A program made the translations under genes and the position numbers. 64,000 bases of DNA from an uncultured virus (IMG/VR IMGVR_UViG_3300037067_015069) (Duplodnaviria; Heunggongvirae; Uroviricota; Caudoviricetes): positions 1-64,000 of IMG/VR virus record IMGVR_UViG_3300037067_015069; one strand, written 5' to 3'. Under the pieces are notes generated by a model that had not been told where the DNA came from, did not search any database, and was given only the letters and a program-made list of their open reading frames with translations. Shown here piece by piece: positions 47,197-55,487 of this stretch (positions are counted from its first letter, which is position 1; each line of letters begins with the position of its first letter).

Positions 47197-48036
47197 TCAC
47201 ACTGCTACAACAACACCCTGCTGAGCCTGAATAGACTGCGCCCCGCCAATGCCTCTACCCGCCTGAGCGATCTGATAACCCTGATCCGCAAAACGAATAG
47301 AACCCAGCTGACCAATAGTAGGATCGTTACCGGTAGCTAAAAACTCCCCATATACTGAAGAGAAGTCATGGATATCCGAAATAGTCATAGTTCCGTTTTC
47401 AGTGATAAAACCCTGATCCTTGGTGTAGGTAGTGTTCCAATCATTGAACCAACAGGCTTCATAGATAGTAATGATGGCGCTATGACCTCGGTTTCCTGCA
47501 TCCCCACCTGGCTTCCCTGAAAAATCATTAGTTACTTGAGGATACTGAATAGCCTTTAGCCCACCATCAAACTGACCAGAAGTACCAGACTTACCTACGT
47601 TAGCAGCACCTAAATCTATATCAGCTAAAGTAGAGAAAACAATCTGCTGCTCTAAGTCAAAAGGCCACTTGTGATGAGCTAACGATCGTACTGGTCCACT
47701 AACCCCAGAAGCATATCCCGTTGCCTGCCAGATATTACATAAATATAACAACGCCCGTTCAAAAGACGCGGTAGCTGGATCGGTAGGACCAGGCACCAAT
47801 TCTGCAATCTGATCCCCAAAACCAATCCCTCTAATGTTGTCAATAGTTCTAGACATACTGGGGTTGAAGGTACTAACCACACCCATTCTGTGCATTGCCT
47901 GGGTGTTCCCATAATGTGGAGTCAGTAGGTGTACCTTCTGACTTACCGCAGTTTTTGTGTTCGGTGAAGTACCGAAATCATATATGTAGGAAGTACCTCC
48001 TACACCACTTTGGGGATTCAGGTCCGTATTTGGCAT
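47197..48036 (-). CDS. Tail tube protein (contractile tail)
   Basis: GVVSTFNPSMSRTIDNIRGIGFGDQIAELVPG...IYEACWFNDWNTTY tube-fold pattern; GGAGG RBS; between sheath and tape measure. Confidence 0.75.
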   Translation of the reverse strand: MPNTDLNPQSGVGGTSYIYDFGTSPNTKTAVSQKVHLLTPHYGNTQAMHRMGVVSTFNPSMSRTIDNIRGIGFGDQIAELVPGPTDPATASFERALLYLCNIWQATGYASGVSGPVRSLAHHKWPFDLEQQIVFSTLADIDLGAANVGKSGTSGQFDGGLKAIQYPQVTNDFSGKPGGDAGNRGHSAIITIYEACWFNDWNTTYTKDQGFITENGTMTISDIHDFSSVYGEFLATGNDPTIGQLGSIRFADQGYQIAQAGRGIGGAQSIQAQQGVVVAV

Positions 48037-48095
48037 CGTTATATTCCTCCACCTGCTTTCAGGGGAACTCCAATTTGCCCTGGCAAGGGCCTCTA

Positions 48096-48125
48096 CTACA
48101 AAGGCAGATGATAAGAGATTTATTG
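48096..48125 (-). promoter_or_regulatory. Putative late promoter motif copy (CAAT-AAATCTC-TTATC-N10-GTAG) upstream of the tube gene
   Basis: Motif match with a spacer one base shorter; followed by a small hairpin at 48077-48090. Confidence 0.5.
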
Positions 48126-48173
48126 AGAAGGTGGGTATGGTTATTTTGTGTTTGGAAAATAAAGGATATTGAC

Positions 48174-48929
48174 ATGCTAGAAAAATTTGAAAAAGGTTTC
48201 TTAAAGATAATACAAAACGAACAGGATCTAGCTGCCCTATTCCAAATAAAAGGTGAACTAGATTTTTGTTACGAACAACTACAACAAAAACTAGAACAAG
48301 AAATAAAAGAAGCCCAAAAAGTTGTGGTGGTTTCGGAAAAATTAAAAGAAATAAGAAAAATTCAGGAATCTAAAGAAAACCATCAGATGCCCCCTATTGC
48401 TGGGATTGCCCCAATAACAGGATCAGTATTATCTGACTTATTTACTCTGATTGAAAGAAATGATGCAAGCGTATCAGCTCTTATCCTAAATGCTAGGGAT
48501 TATGCAGATTTTAGGAAATTTAGTAGAGATGTTATGGATCTCGAAAGCAACGCAATTCTTTTAAAGAATGGCATTAGGGCAACCCTTTGGGGAGCCTTTG
48601 TTATTGTTGACAAAAAACAACCTTCTGGAAAAGTTCTTGCACTCTCTGATTCTTATGCTGGGGTTTCGTATTCTGCCGAACTTTTAATACCAGAAAGAAT
48701 TAATCCAAGTAATATTTCTGAACCCCTCGAAAAAGTTAATGGTGTGGACAATTCCCCTGAATCCCTCGAAAAGGTCTCATCAGTAGGACTTAGCACTAAC
48801 GTTAGTCAAGATCCAAGTTTATGGGTAAAAAACGGCTGCTGCCCTAAATGCGGAGAATCTGGAAAATTGGACTCAGGTGGAGGAGCTACTTGTTCAACAC
48901 ACGGTTTCTATCAAATGCAAATCATGTAA
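48174..48929 (+). CDS. Coiled coil + major-capsid-like fragment + C-terminal Zn ribbon protein
   Basis: ORF track gives 47895..48929, but ATG 48174 has an AAAGGA RBS and avoids overlap with the tube gene; central LSDLFTLIERND...LNARDYADFRKF...ATLWGAFV; C-terminal CPKC...CSTHG. Confidence 0.6.
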   Translation: MLEKFEKGFLKIIQNEQDLAALFQIKGELDFCYEQLQQKLEQEIKEAQKVVVVSEKLKEIRKIQESKENHQMPPIAGIAPITGSVLSDLFTLIERNDASVSALILNARDYADFRKFSRDVMDLESNAILLKNGIRATLWGAFVIVDKKQPSGKVLALSDSYAGVSYSAELLIPERINPSNISEPLEKVNGVDNSPESLEKVSSVGLSTNVSQDPSLWVKNGCCPKCGESGKLDSGGGATCSTHGFYQMQIM

Positions 48930-49008
48930 ACAACCTCCCTTAAAAATAAATCAAAATTTCCGGCTTAGTTTCCTTTCGCATCGAGTTGCCTTCTCAGGAG
49001 GTAACAAG

Positions 49009-49842
49009 ATGACTAGATATGCGTTCCTGTTTTTGGTTCTTTCGGTTCTGGGCGGCTGCATCAAGGCAAATCCAGAATTCAATCCCGATAAGTATATCGA
49101 TGAATACATGAACGAAAAGGGTGTCGTCACCCAGAAGGACCTTTCTGGAGAAGGTACCATTCAAGCGGTATCTGACTACCTGGACGGGAAGGGCATCCTG
49201 ACCAGGAAAGATCTGACTGAATATGCCACCAAGAACGATCTGGAAGATTACGTTTCCCAGAGAGATCTGGATTCTAGGGGGTTCCTCACCCAGGCAGATA
49301 TCACTAATGATGGGGTCGTGATCGTCCCCAACGCCTTCCAAGCTGGCACCAGGCTGCAATCCAAATCTGGGCGTACCGACGATGGTGCCCGAATGTTTCT
49401 CGGCTGGTATGATCGAACCTTGGAAGTTGACTGCGATTTCGTCAACACTACTGAGGGTTCTAGGTGCCTTCCCCTCAATGACCGACCCTCAAACACCACC
49501 CCCGGAAACACTAAGTTTCCGGAAGTTATCCAAATGTTTTATTTTTCAGATAGAGATTGCAACCTGCCAATCTTTCAATACAAGGATTTGACCGTTCCAG
49601 CCCCTGGAATCCTTCAGGATACCTCCCTGTATGGTTTCTCTTGGGGTAATGCCCGACTGCAGATCGAGAAGGCATACAAGCTGGAAGATTGTGACGGGGC
49701 TACGATTCTCTTTGAAAAAAAGGACTCCTATTGCGTAATTGTCTCTGTTGAATGTGACCCTAGGGTGTATAAGATTGGACGGCCAGTGCCACTTTCGGAC
49801 TTTGTGGGTATGTCAGTAGTTCTGGAAACCGCGACAGAATAG
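49009..49842 (+). CDS. Predicted lipoprotein with T-x-x-D-L repeats and Cys-rich C-terminal domain
   Basis: AGGAGG RBS, signal peptide MTRYAFLFLVLSVLGG-C (lipobox); repeats VTQKDL, LTRKDL, ATKNDL, VSQRDL, LTQADI. Confidence 0.75.
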   Translation: MTRYAFLFLVLSVLGGCIKANPEFNPDKYIDEYMNEKGVVTQKDLSGEGTIQAVSDYLDGKGILTRKDLTEYATKNDLEDYVSQRDLDSRGFLTQADITNDGVVIVPNAFQAGTRLQSKSGRTDDGARMFLGWYDRTLEVDCDFVNTTEGSRCLPLNDRPSNTTPGNTKFPEVIQMFYFSDRDCNLPIFQYKDLTVPAPGILQDTSLYGFSWGNARLQIEKAYKLEDCDGATILFEKKDSYCVIVSVECDPRVYKIGRPVPLSDFVGMSVVLETATE

Positions 49843-49843
49843 C

Positions 49844-50254
49844 CTATCGTAACCTCTGCATAGGTGGGACAGAGATACCAAACCCAGCTCCCCTTAGATA
49901 TTCCGTCATGTTGTACAGCTGTTCCGGGGTTCTAGCACCTCCTTCCCTATAAAAATCTGTAAACACTACCAAAGCCCCGACTCTTCCTGTAGGAAGAACC
50001 CGATGCCCATCTTGCACGCTCTCAGCTAAATCCCGAGCTTCAGCAGACATCCCATGCAAAGCAGTTCTCCAGGCTTCCCCAATCTCTAAATCCGCTTTCA
50101 TGATGGCTTTGCTGACCAATGTAGTATGGTTTGTGTTAAAACCCAATGGAACTAAAGTCCAAAAAGTCACCGCATTTTTATCAACATAAGCATAGACTTT
50201 AGCTTCTGCGGTTTTCTCAACAAAAGAACCCCATTTATTTTCCAACTCAGACAT
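49844..50254 (-). CDS. Hypothetical protein with N-terminal L-x3-WG...KTA motif
   Basis: 136-aa ORF, AGGAG RBS, last gene of a four-gene cluster. Confidence 0.65.
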   Translation of the reverse strand: MSELENKWGSFVEKTAEAKVYAYVDKNAVTFWTLVPLGFNTNHTTLVSKAIMKADLEIGEAWRTALHGMSAEARDLAESVQDGHRVLPTGRVGALVVFTDFYREGGARTPEQLYNMTEYLRGAGFGISVPPMQRLR

Positions 50255-50259
50255 AATTA

Positions 50260-51045
50260 CTACTCCTTGGCTTCCCCAAACAAATAACCTGCTCTCTTTA
50301 ACCCGTCATATACTGCTTTCAATAACAAAGCCTTGTTTCTCGGTTTCAAATGCGGGGACGCTAACCCCCAAGTAGTGGATAAGGCTAACACAATATCCAT
50401 AAGTTTTTGATTAGGATTTGGGCTCTTAGCAGCATTAGTACGGATGGCTTCCTTAGAAGCCATGTTTACTGCTTCATCTACTAAATTCTGCATAAAAGCC
50501 CGCAGCTCACCGGGATCATTCAAATAGGGACCCCAAGCCGTTTCTCCTTCCTCTTTCACTTTGGAAGGAGAATAGCCTGGTTGTCTTTTAGATACATCTG
50601 CAATATGGGTTAACTCATGTATCAATAAACTATAGATTCCGTAAGGAATACAAGTCTCATACCTACAAGACCATAAAGGTTGTAACCTCTCATGTTTTTG
50701 TATTTCTTTAGGAGTCATTGCCCCATTCAAAAAAATTTCTACTTCCGTACCGTTGGCCCGACCACCTAAACAGGCAGTATAGGCAACTTTGGATTTCTGA
50801 GAGCTTATTATAACAGTGACTGAAACACTACCGCGATCATCTGAATCAGCTATGTCAATCTGAGTAACCGCGATTCTTTTAACTGCATCAATAGGTTCCT
50901 CTTGTTGAGGGTGCCTTTTAGCCCAACGTTCTATTTGGGGCATTATTAAATTCTGTACCTGGGATTGGATATCTTTCTTATCCAGCCAAATAGGTCTAGC
51001 TGCCTGTTTTAATACCGGTCCCCAATAGTAACTAAGGTCTTTCAT
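50260..51045 (-). CDS. Putative zincin-like metallopeptidase (HExxH) with N-terminal L-x3-WG...KQA motif
   Basis: LLIHELTHIAD plus downstream YLNDPGELRAF; likely start ATG 51045 overlaps the upstream TGA (TGATG). Confidence 0.6.
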   Translation of the reverse strand: MKDLSYYWGPVLKQAARPIWLDKKDIQSQVQNLIMPQIERWAKRHPQQEEPIDAVKRIAVTQIDIADSDDRGSVSVTVIISSQKSKVAYTACLGGRANGTEVEIFLNGAMTPKEIQKHERLQPLWSCRYETCIPYGIYSLLIHELTHIADVSKRQPGYSPSKVKEEGETAWGPYLNDPGELRAFMQNLVDEAVNMASKEAIRTNAAKSPNPNQKLMDIVLALSTTWGLASPHLKPRNKALLLKAVYDGLKRAGYLFGEAKE

Positions 51046-51719
51046 CAATGACCATACATAGTGTTTGTTTGATACATGGCTTTTCCATCCCAAGGATGCG
51101 CCCAAGCATAACTATTGATTTTTAGATTTACAGAATCCCCACTCTTTTGTGGAATCTTCTTTAAAACAGGTTCCCCACTTTCAAATCTCCCAGGTAGTGG
51201 AGTTACATAATCTGAAGGCCCACCCCCGCTACGGGTATTTTTCTGTAGTTTCCGGATCTCTATGGACTTGCCCACAATCCGAATCACTTGATAAAAGTCT
51301 ATATTAGTCTGATCATAACCCCAGGAACTATAGAAAATGTCCCCTTCTTTTATATTGTGTGCAAATTCTTTCTGCTCTTGCTTCCCTTTAAACATTTCCT
51401 TCCGGGTTTTAATCAGATCTTCCAGCATCCTATCTCGGAAATTTTCACTAGAATAGGCACTATTAATAATAGGCTTACTCTGCCTGCCCACAAAGGCTAG
51501 CAAGGTGTAATAAGCTTTGCCACCCCGTTCAACTGTCTTTTTTAAAGCGGTAATGTCTGTACCAGGAGGATTGATTATGTTTTTTCTCTCATCTGGGGCA
51601 ATATACATATCAGCAGCTGCCGCGAACTTACCCCAAGAAGTGTCTAGGTCCTCTAACATACTATCAAATGCATCTTTATCGTACGCTAGTTTTCCCCAAA
51701 AGTTAGTCAAGGTGGGCAT
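51045..51719 (-). CDS. Hypothetical phage protein with GDIFYSSWGYDQTNIDFYQV domain
   Basis: 224-aa ORF, AAGGA RBS; motif recalled from uncharacterised phage proteins. Confidence 0.65.
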   Translation of the reverse strand: MPTLTNFWGKLAYDKDAFDSMLEDLDTSWGKFAAAADMYIAPDERKNIINPPGTDITALKKTVERGGKAYYTLLAFVGRQSKPIINSAYSSENFRDRMLEDLIKTRKEMFKGKQEQKEFAHNIKEGDIFYSSWGYDQTNIDFYQVIRIVGKSIEIRKLQKNTRSGGGPSDYVTPLPGRFESGEPVLKKIPQKSGDSVNLKINSYAWAHPWDGKAMYQTNTMYGH

Positions 51720-51728
51720 TTTTTATCC

Positions 51729-52757
51729 TTACCTCACAGACCAGAGATCTGAATCGACTGCTTCCCAAGGAGGTTTCCCATCTGGAGATTTTTGAACATC
51801 AACAGGATAGTTTCCTTTTCTCTCTAATTCTTGGGCATGTCGTTTTGCTTCTTCCCAAGAGAGATTTTCTTTGTGCCTGAAAGAAGAAGGCACATCCCCC
51901 TCCAATCGATAAACCATCTTTGCTGCCTGTCTGATAATAGGCACCAAATATTGACGTAGTTCTGGGTTTTCTTTAGCTAGTTTCACAACCGCGTCTTTTA
52001 ACTGAGCAGACTTTCCAGGAGCTTTCACGGCAGCAGCCGACGCCTTCTTGCCTTGGGATAAAGGCTTCTTCCCTTCTTGTTTCTTTCGATCTAAATATTC
52101 CTGATAAGAAGGAGAGGCGGTCTTCTGAGTCTTATTTGCATTCAAAAGGGTTGCATCAAAACGATCAAGAATAACCTTGCCAAACTTTGCCCAAAATGCA
52201 TTAGGACCCAAATCCCATAACGGATAAGGCATGGACATACGATCTACTAGAGAAACCTGCTTCCCCGCGTATTGCAGCACTACTGAAAACTCAGGTTTGC
52301 TTTCCCCTGGACCAAAATCAAAAGAAAACATCACCCAACCAGTAGGAGCAAAACCCCAACGCTCTACACGCCACGGTTCTAACTCAAAATCTACTCGGGC
52401 GGCGGCATGCGTGGTGCTGTCCTTGGCAGGAGGATCAATGTTAAGGGACGCAAACTCCCCCTGGTTCTTCGCAGCAAAACCCTTGGCGCAACCTATGGCT
52501 AAGGATCTAAAAGCTAGCCCAAGCCCAGCATTGATGGAATTTGCCTGTGCAGAAGCCGCCATACGACCGAAATCGTCATCTTGCTTATTGTGTTGGAACT
52601 CTTTCCATTCCTTATCAGCTTCTTTCCCAACCATCATAGTTTTGGTATTTGGAAAATATAAAACCCGATCTCCCCTCTTTACAAGAGTTCCATCTGAGGC
52701 TACCCCAGGAAATTTAGCGTCCATCCAAAAAGAATCTTGTTTACGTCTTACAGGCAT
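51729..52757 (-). CDS. Modular hypothetical protein (342 aa)
   Basis: Long ORF just downstream of the putative late promoter; several short modules joined by (K/R)xA(A/S) linkers. Confidence 0.65.
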   Translation of the reverse strand: MPVRRKQDSFWMDAKFPGVASDGTLVKRGDRVLYFPNTKTMMVGKEADKEWKEFQHNKQDDDFGRMAASAQANSINAGLGLAFRSLAIGCAKGFAAKNQGEFASLNIDPPAKDSTTHAAARVDFELEPWRVERWGFAPTGWVMFSFDFGPGESKPEFSVVLQYAGKQVSLVDRMSMPYPLWDLGPNAFWAKFGKVILDRFDATLLNANKTQKTASPSYQEYLDRKKQEGKKPLSQGKKASAAAVKAPGKSAQLKDAVVKLAKENPELRQYLVPIIRQAAKMVYRLEGDVPSSFRHKENLSWEEAKRHAQELERKGNYPVDVQKSPDGKPPWEAVDSDLWSVR

Positions 52758-52782
52758 TTATAAACCCCTATGAAACAACAGT

Positions 52783-52813
52783 CTACAAAATGATATGTAT
52801 AGGAAGGCTAACG
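52783..52813 (-). promoter_or_regulatory. Putative late promoter motif copy (CGTT-AGCCTTC-CTATA-N11-GTAG)
   Basis: Intergenic, about 25 nt upstream of the 51729..52757 start. Confidence 0.55.
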
Positions 52814-52846
52814 ACTTGGGTATTGTTTTCAACTTGGAGGATAGTT

Positions 52847-53059
52847 ATGTTGACGACCGCCGCAACGAAAATGAGTGACGCTTTTTACGAAATAGAAAAA
52901 CAGGAAATCCGAGTAGATACTGTCAAAATGTCTGTAGAAAACTTAGCTTTTCTGACACAGGAATATACAAACTTACTTACTACTGATGGGATCTACCAAT
53001 TATGGGGAGCTAGGATTTACACAGAACCTAGAGAAAATATTCTTGTAGGGAATTACTAG
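52847..53059 (+). CDS. 70-aa protein resembling a minimal major-capsid fragment
   Basis: GGAGG RBS at 52836-52840; MSDAFYEIEKQEIRVDTVKM...GIYQLWGARI aligns with the central domain of 48174..48929. Confidence 0.55.
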   Translation: MLTTAATKMSDAFYEIEKQEIRVDTVKMSVENLAFLTQEYTNLLTTDGIYQLWGARIYTEPRENILVGNY

Positions 53060-53270
53060 GCACTTTGTCTTTGATTATTGGGAGGATTTCTTTTTGAAAG
53101 TTTATTTTAGAGATTTTTTGATAACGAAGGGGGTTTTTATTCACCAAAGCAGAGATTTCATTTCTGGCATCTCGCAAAGATTCCGCAAGAGACCTAACTT
53201 CGTCATATTTTGAAAAAGTTAAGTTATTAGAGCAGAAACTACTGCTGTAGTAAGAATCCTTCAACATCAT
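53028..53270 (-). CDS. Small hypothetical protein
   Basis: 80-aa ORF co-oriented with upstream genes; overlaps the convergent ORF end. Confidence 0.4.
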   Translation of the reverse strand: MMLKDSYYSSSFCSNNLTFSKYDEVRSLAESLRDARNEISALVNKNPLRYQKISKINFQKEILPIIKDKVPSNSLQEYFL

Positions 53271-53285
53271 TCCACACTACCAAAT

Positions 53286-53618
53286 TTAATAGATTTCCCA
53301 AATGCCCTCTAGGTCTCCTGGAGTTACCTTGATAGAATCTGTCGGGATTGTCCGATCCTGCATTTCCCCAATCATATAAAAAGCTGTTACTGGCCCTGGC
53401 ATTCCTGTGTCAGGATTATATGGTAATACTGAATAACTGGGGGGACTCGGGTAAATTACCCAAGGTGGGATACCGGCATCCTTTTTTTCAAAATAAGCAA
53501 TCACAATATGCTTGACCATCTCCTCTAAAGAGATGCCTAACTCCTCCGCACGATCTTCCAAAAGCTTCATAATTTTCTTTGAAAATTTAATGGTCATTTT
53601 TCCCTCCGAACAGATCAT
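53286..53618 (-). CDS. Ribbon-helix-helix (CopG-like) DNA-binding protein
   Basis: MTIKFSKKIMKLLEDRAEELGISLEEMVKHIV fits the RHH strand-helix-G.S-helix pattern. Confidence 0.55.
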   Translation of the reverse strand: MICSEGKMTIKFSKKIMKLLEDRAEELGISLEEMVKHIVIAYFEKKDAGIPPWVIYPSPPSYSVLPYNPDTGMPGPVTAFYMIGEMQDRTIPTDSIKVTPGDLEGIWEIY

Positions 53619-53624
53619 ACCCTA

Positions 53625-55442
53625 TCACCAAGGAAACCAATCCCCTTCTGTGGACTCTTTTAAAGGTTCTGGACAAGAAGATTTTACTAGTTTTCCTGTT
53701 TTTGCTAAAAATAAACCCCCGGGCTGAATCTCCAAAAACCCTAACTCTACTAGCCTACCTTGAAGATATGCCTTGTCTGTATAGGGCTCATCCTCTAAAA
53801 CTTCTAAGAATTGTAAATCCGAAGTTGCTAGTACCAACTCTTTCTTTATCCGATCCCGTTCCCGTAAAGCTTCATAAACAGGTAGATAACTCCAGTTTTT
53901 CATAAAAGCGTTAGGAAAGGTGTAGTGAAAAGAGCCCTGAAATTCCGTTACTAACCCAATACTTTCAAAGTAACCATCATAACGAAAACGATGTCCTGAC
54001 TTTGGATTAACAAACTTCCAAGAACGCCACTCTTCCTTATAGGGCAAACCTAAAATTTCAGATATCACATTTAAACATTTTTTCTGTGAGATGTTACTAT
54101 GTGCCCAAACCAACCCCAACTCCCTACACTTTTTCTTTATAGTGACATTCGTCAACCCTAATCCGTCTACAGCTTTAGCAATGCTAACCTTCCCATTCTT
54201 TAATTTAAAAGGTTCAAAATCCTTAGCACAGAATTTAAGAGTTCTATCAGAAACTGCTTTCTTTATATACTTATCAGTAGCTCTCAACCCCAAACTGTCC
54301 ATATGACGTTTTAAGGTGGGATCTGCACATCCTATCGCATCTCTCATCTTCCAATGATCAACAGTGCCATCTGTTTCCAAATATGGTGCGAAATCCTCTA
54401 ACGTAAGCCCCAATAGCTTTGCTTCTCTAATCTTTTGCCCAAACTCGGCTGATCTAGGAACTCCCCGGATAGCAGTTTTATCCCTAATAGCACTATTTAG
54501 GGCAACTACTATTGCCTTTGGGTAATCCGTTCGATATGTAGGATGATTGTGCTGTAGATGACTTACTAAACTCTCTGCTCGATACCCACAAACTAGACAG
54601 GTTACATAATCCTCTGGCTCTTTCAAAGACTCCCAGCCTAAAAGAATTTTCTTTTCCTGTAGGACCTTTTCTTTCTCCCTACAATCTTTACATCTCAAGT
54701 TATGCATAGAAGCCAAAAACTTTGAACCAACCCAGGTTATCCCACAATCAATACAAACAATGTCCTTAGTTTCTCCTTTTCCGTAATCAACTCGATCCTG
54801 GGCTGCCTTGGACATAGATTGAGATGTTTTTTTAGATCTTATAAGAACCTCAGACCCGTATTTCACTCGATACTGATCTGCAGTTATTTGATGTAAGCTT
54901 TTTAAATGTCCGGCTAAACTCTTTGTCCTAGCCCCACATACTAAACAAGTTACATAATCCTCACCTTCTTCTTTAGACCCCCAAAAAGCAGCTTGCTTGT
55001 TTTCCTCATACTGAATATGTTCCAAATCATTTGCTTTTTTCCTGTGTACAAAATGAAAACTAAGCCCCTTCTCCCCTGCTACAAGCATCCCACAAACAGG
55101 ACAAGCTCTGTCACAACGACAATTCTCACAAATAAAGTTTTCTTTATCTATTTGCACTGCTGCAATTAGTTTCATCGTTATGGGATTATGGCATACAGAA
55201 CAAGGGACTTCTTCAGTTTTCCAAACTTTGTCTACGTGCTCCCTACAAAAGTTTGCTGCGGACTCTGCCTGAAGACGTCTCCCACGTTCAACATAGGCTT
55301 CTTCTCCAAAAGCTTTTTTCCAAATCTCCCTTAACGTATTTGGGCTAACCCGCATCCGTGCCGAAACACTCTTACAAGATTCCTCTGTGTGGAAGAGAGC
55401 TAAGAGTTCCTCGTTACTAGGTTTGTTTTTGATTTTTGGCAT
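53625..55442 (-). CDS. Free-standing putative homing endonuclease: multiple Zn fingers plus C-terminal PD-(D/E)xK/Vsr-like nuclease
   Basis: Two EDYVTCLVCG...SL..HL...H repeats and several further CxxC pairs; C-terminal RFRYDGYF...VTEFQGSFHY...RDRIKKE nuclease-like signature; own sigma70 promoter; inserted right after the sheath gene. Confidence 0.7.
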   Translation of the reverse strand: MPKIKNKPSNEELLALFHTEESCKSVSARMRVSPNTLREIWKKAFGEEAYVERGRRLQAESAANFCREHVDKVWKTEEVPCSVCHNPITMKLIAAVQIDKENFICENCRCDRACPVCGMLVAGEKGLSFHFVHRKKANDLEHIQYEENKQAAFWGSKEEGEDYVTCLVCGARTKSLAGHLKSLHQITADQYRVKYGSEVLIRSKKTSQSMSKAAQDRVDYGKGETKDIVCIDCGITWVGSKFLASMHNLRCKDCREKEKVLQEKKILLGWESLKEPEDYVTCLVCGYRAESLVSHLQHNHPTYRTDYPKAIVVALNSAIRDKTAIRGVPRSAEFGQKIREAKLLGLTLEDFAPYLETDGTVDHWKMRDAIGCADPTLKRHMDSLGLRATDKYIKKAVSDRTLKFCAKDFEPFKLKNGKVSIAKAVDGLGLTNVTIKKKCRELGLVWAHSNISQKKCLNVISEILGLPYKEEWRSWKFVNPKSGHRFRYDGYFESIGLVTEFQGSFHYTFPNAFMKNWSYLPVYEALRERDRIKKELVLATSDLQFLEVLEDEPYTDKAYLQGRLVELGFLEIQPGGLFLAKTGKLVKSSCPEPLKESTEGDWFPW

Positions 55443-55449
55443 AAGATAC

Positions 55450-55487
55450 TCCCGAAGTCGGAACCCATTATAGTTCCGACTTCGGGA
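55450..55487. repeat. Perfect 15-bp inverted repeat (TCCCGAAGTCGGAAC-8 nt-GTTCCGACTTCGGGA)
   Basis: Arms 55450-55464 and 55473-55487 are exact reverse complements. Confidence 0.95.

Noticed and set aside
47895..48173. N-terminal extension of the 344-aa plus-strand ORF
   Set aside because: Overlaps the tube gene and its leader; ATG 48174 has a proper RBS
55450..55487. Hairpin as a rho-independent terminator for the sheath transcript
   Set aside because: No U-tract follows the stem on the minus strand; overlap with the promoter and RBS better fits translational control
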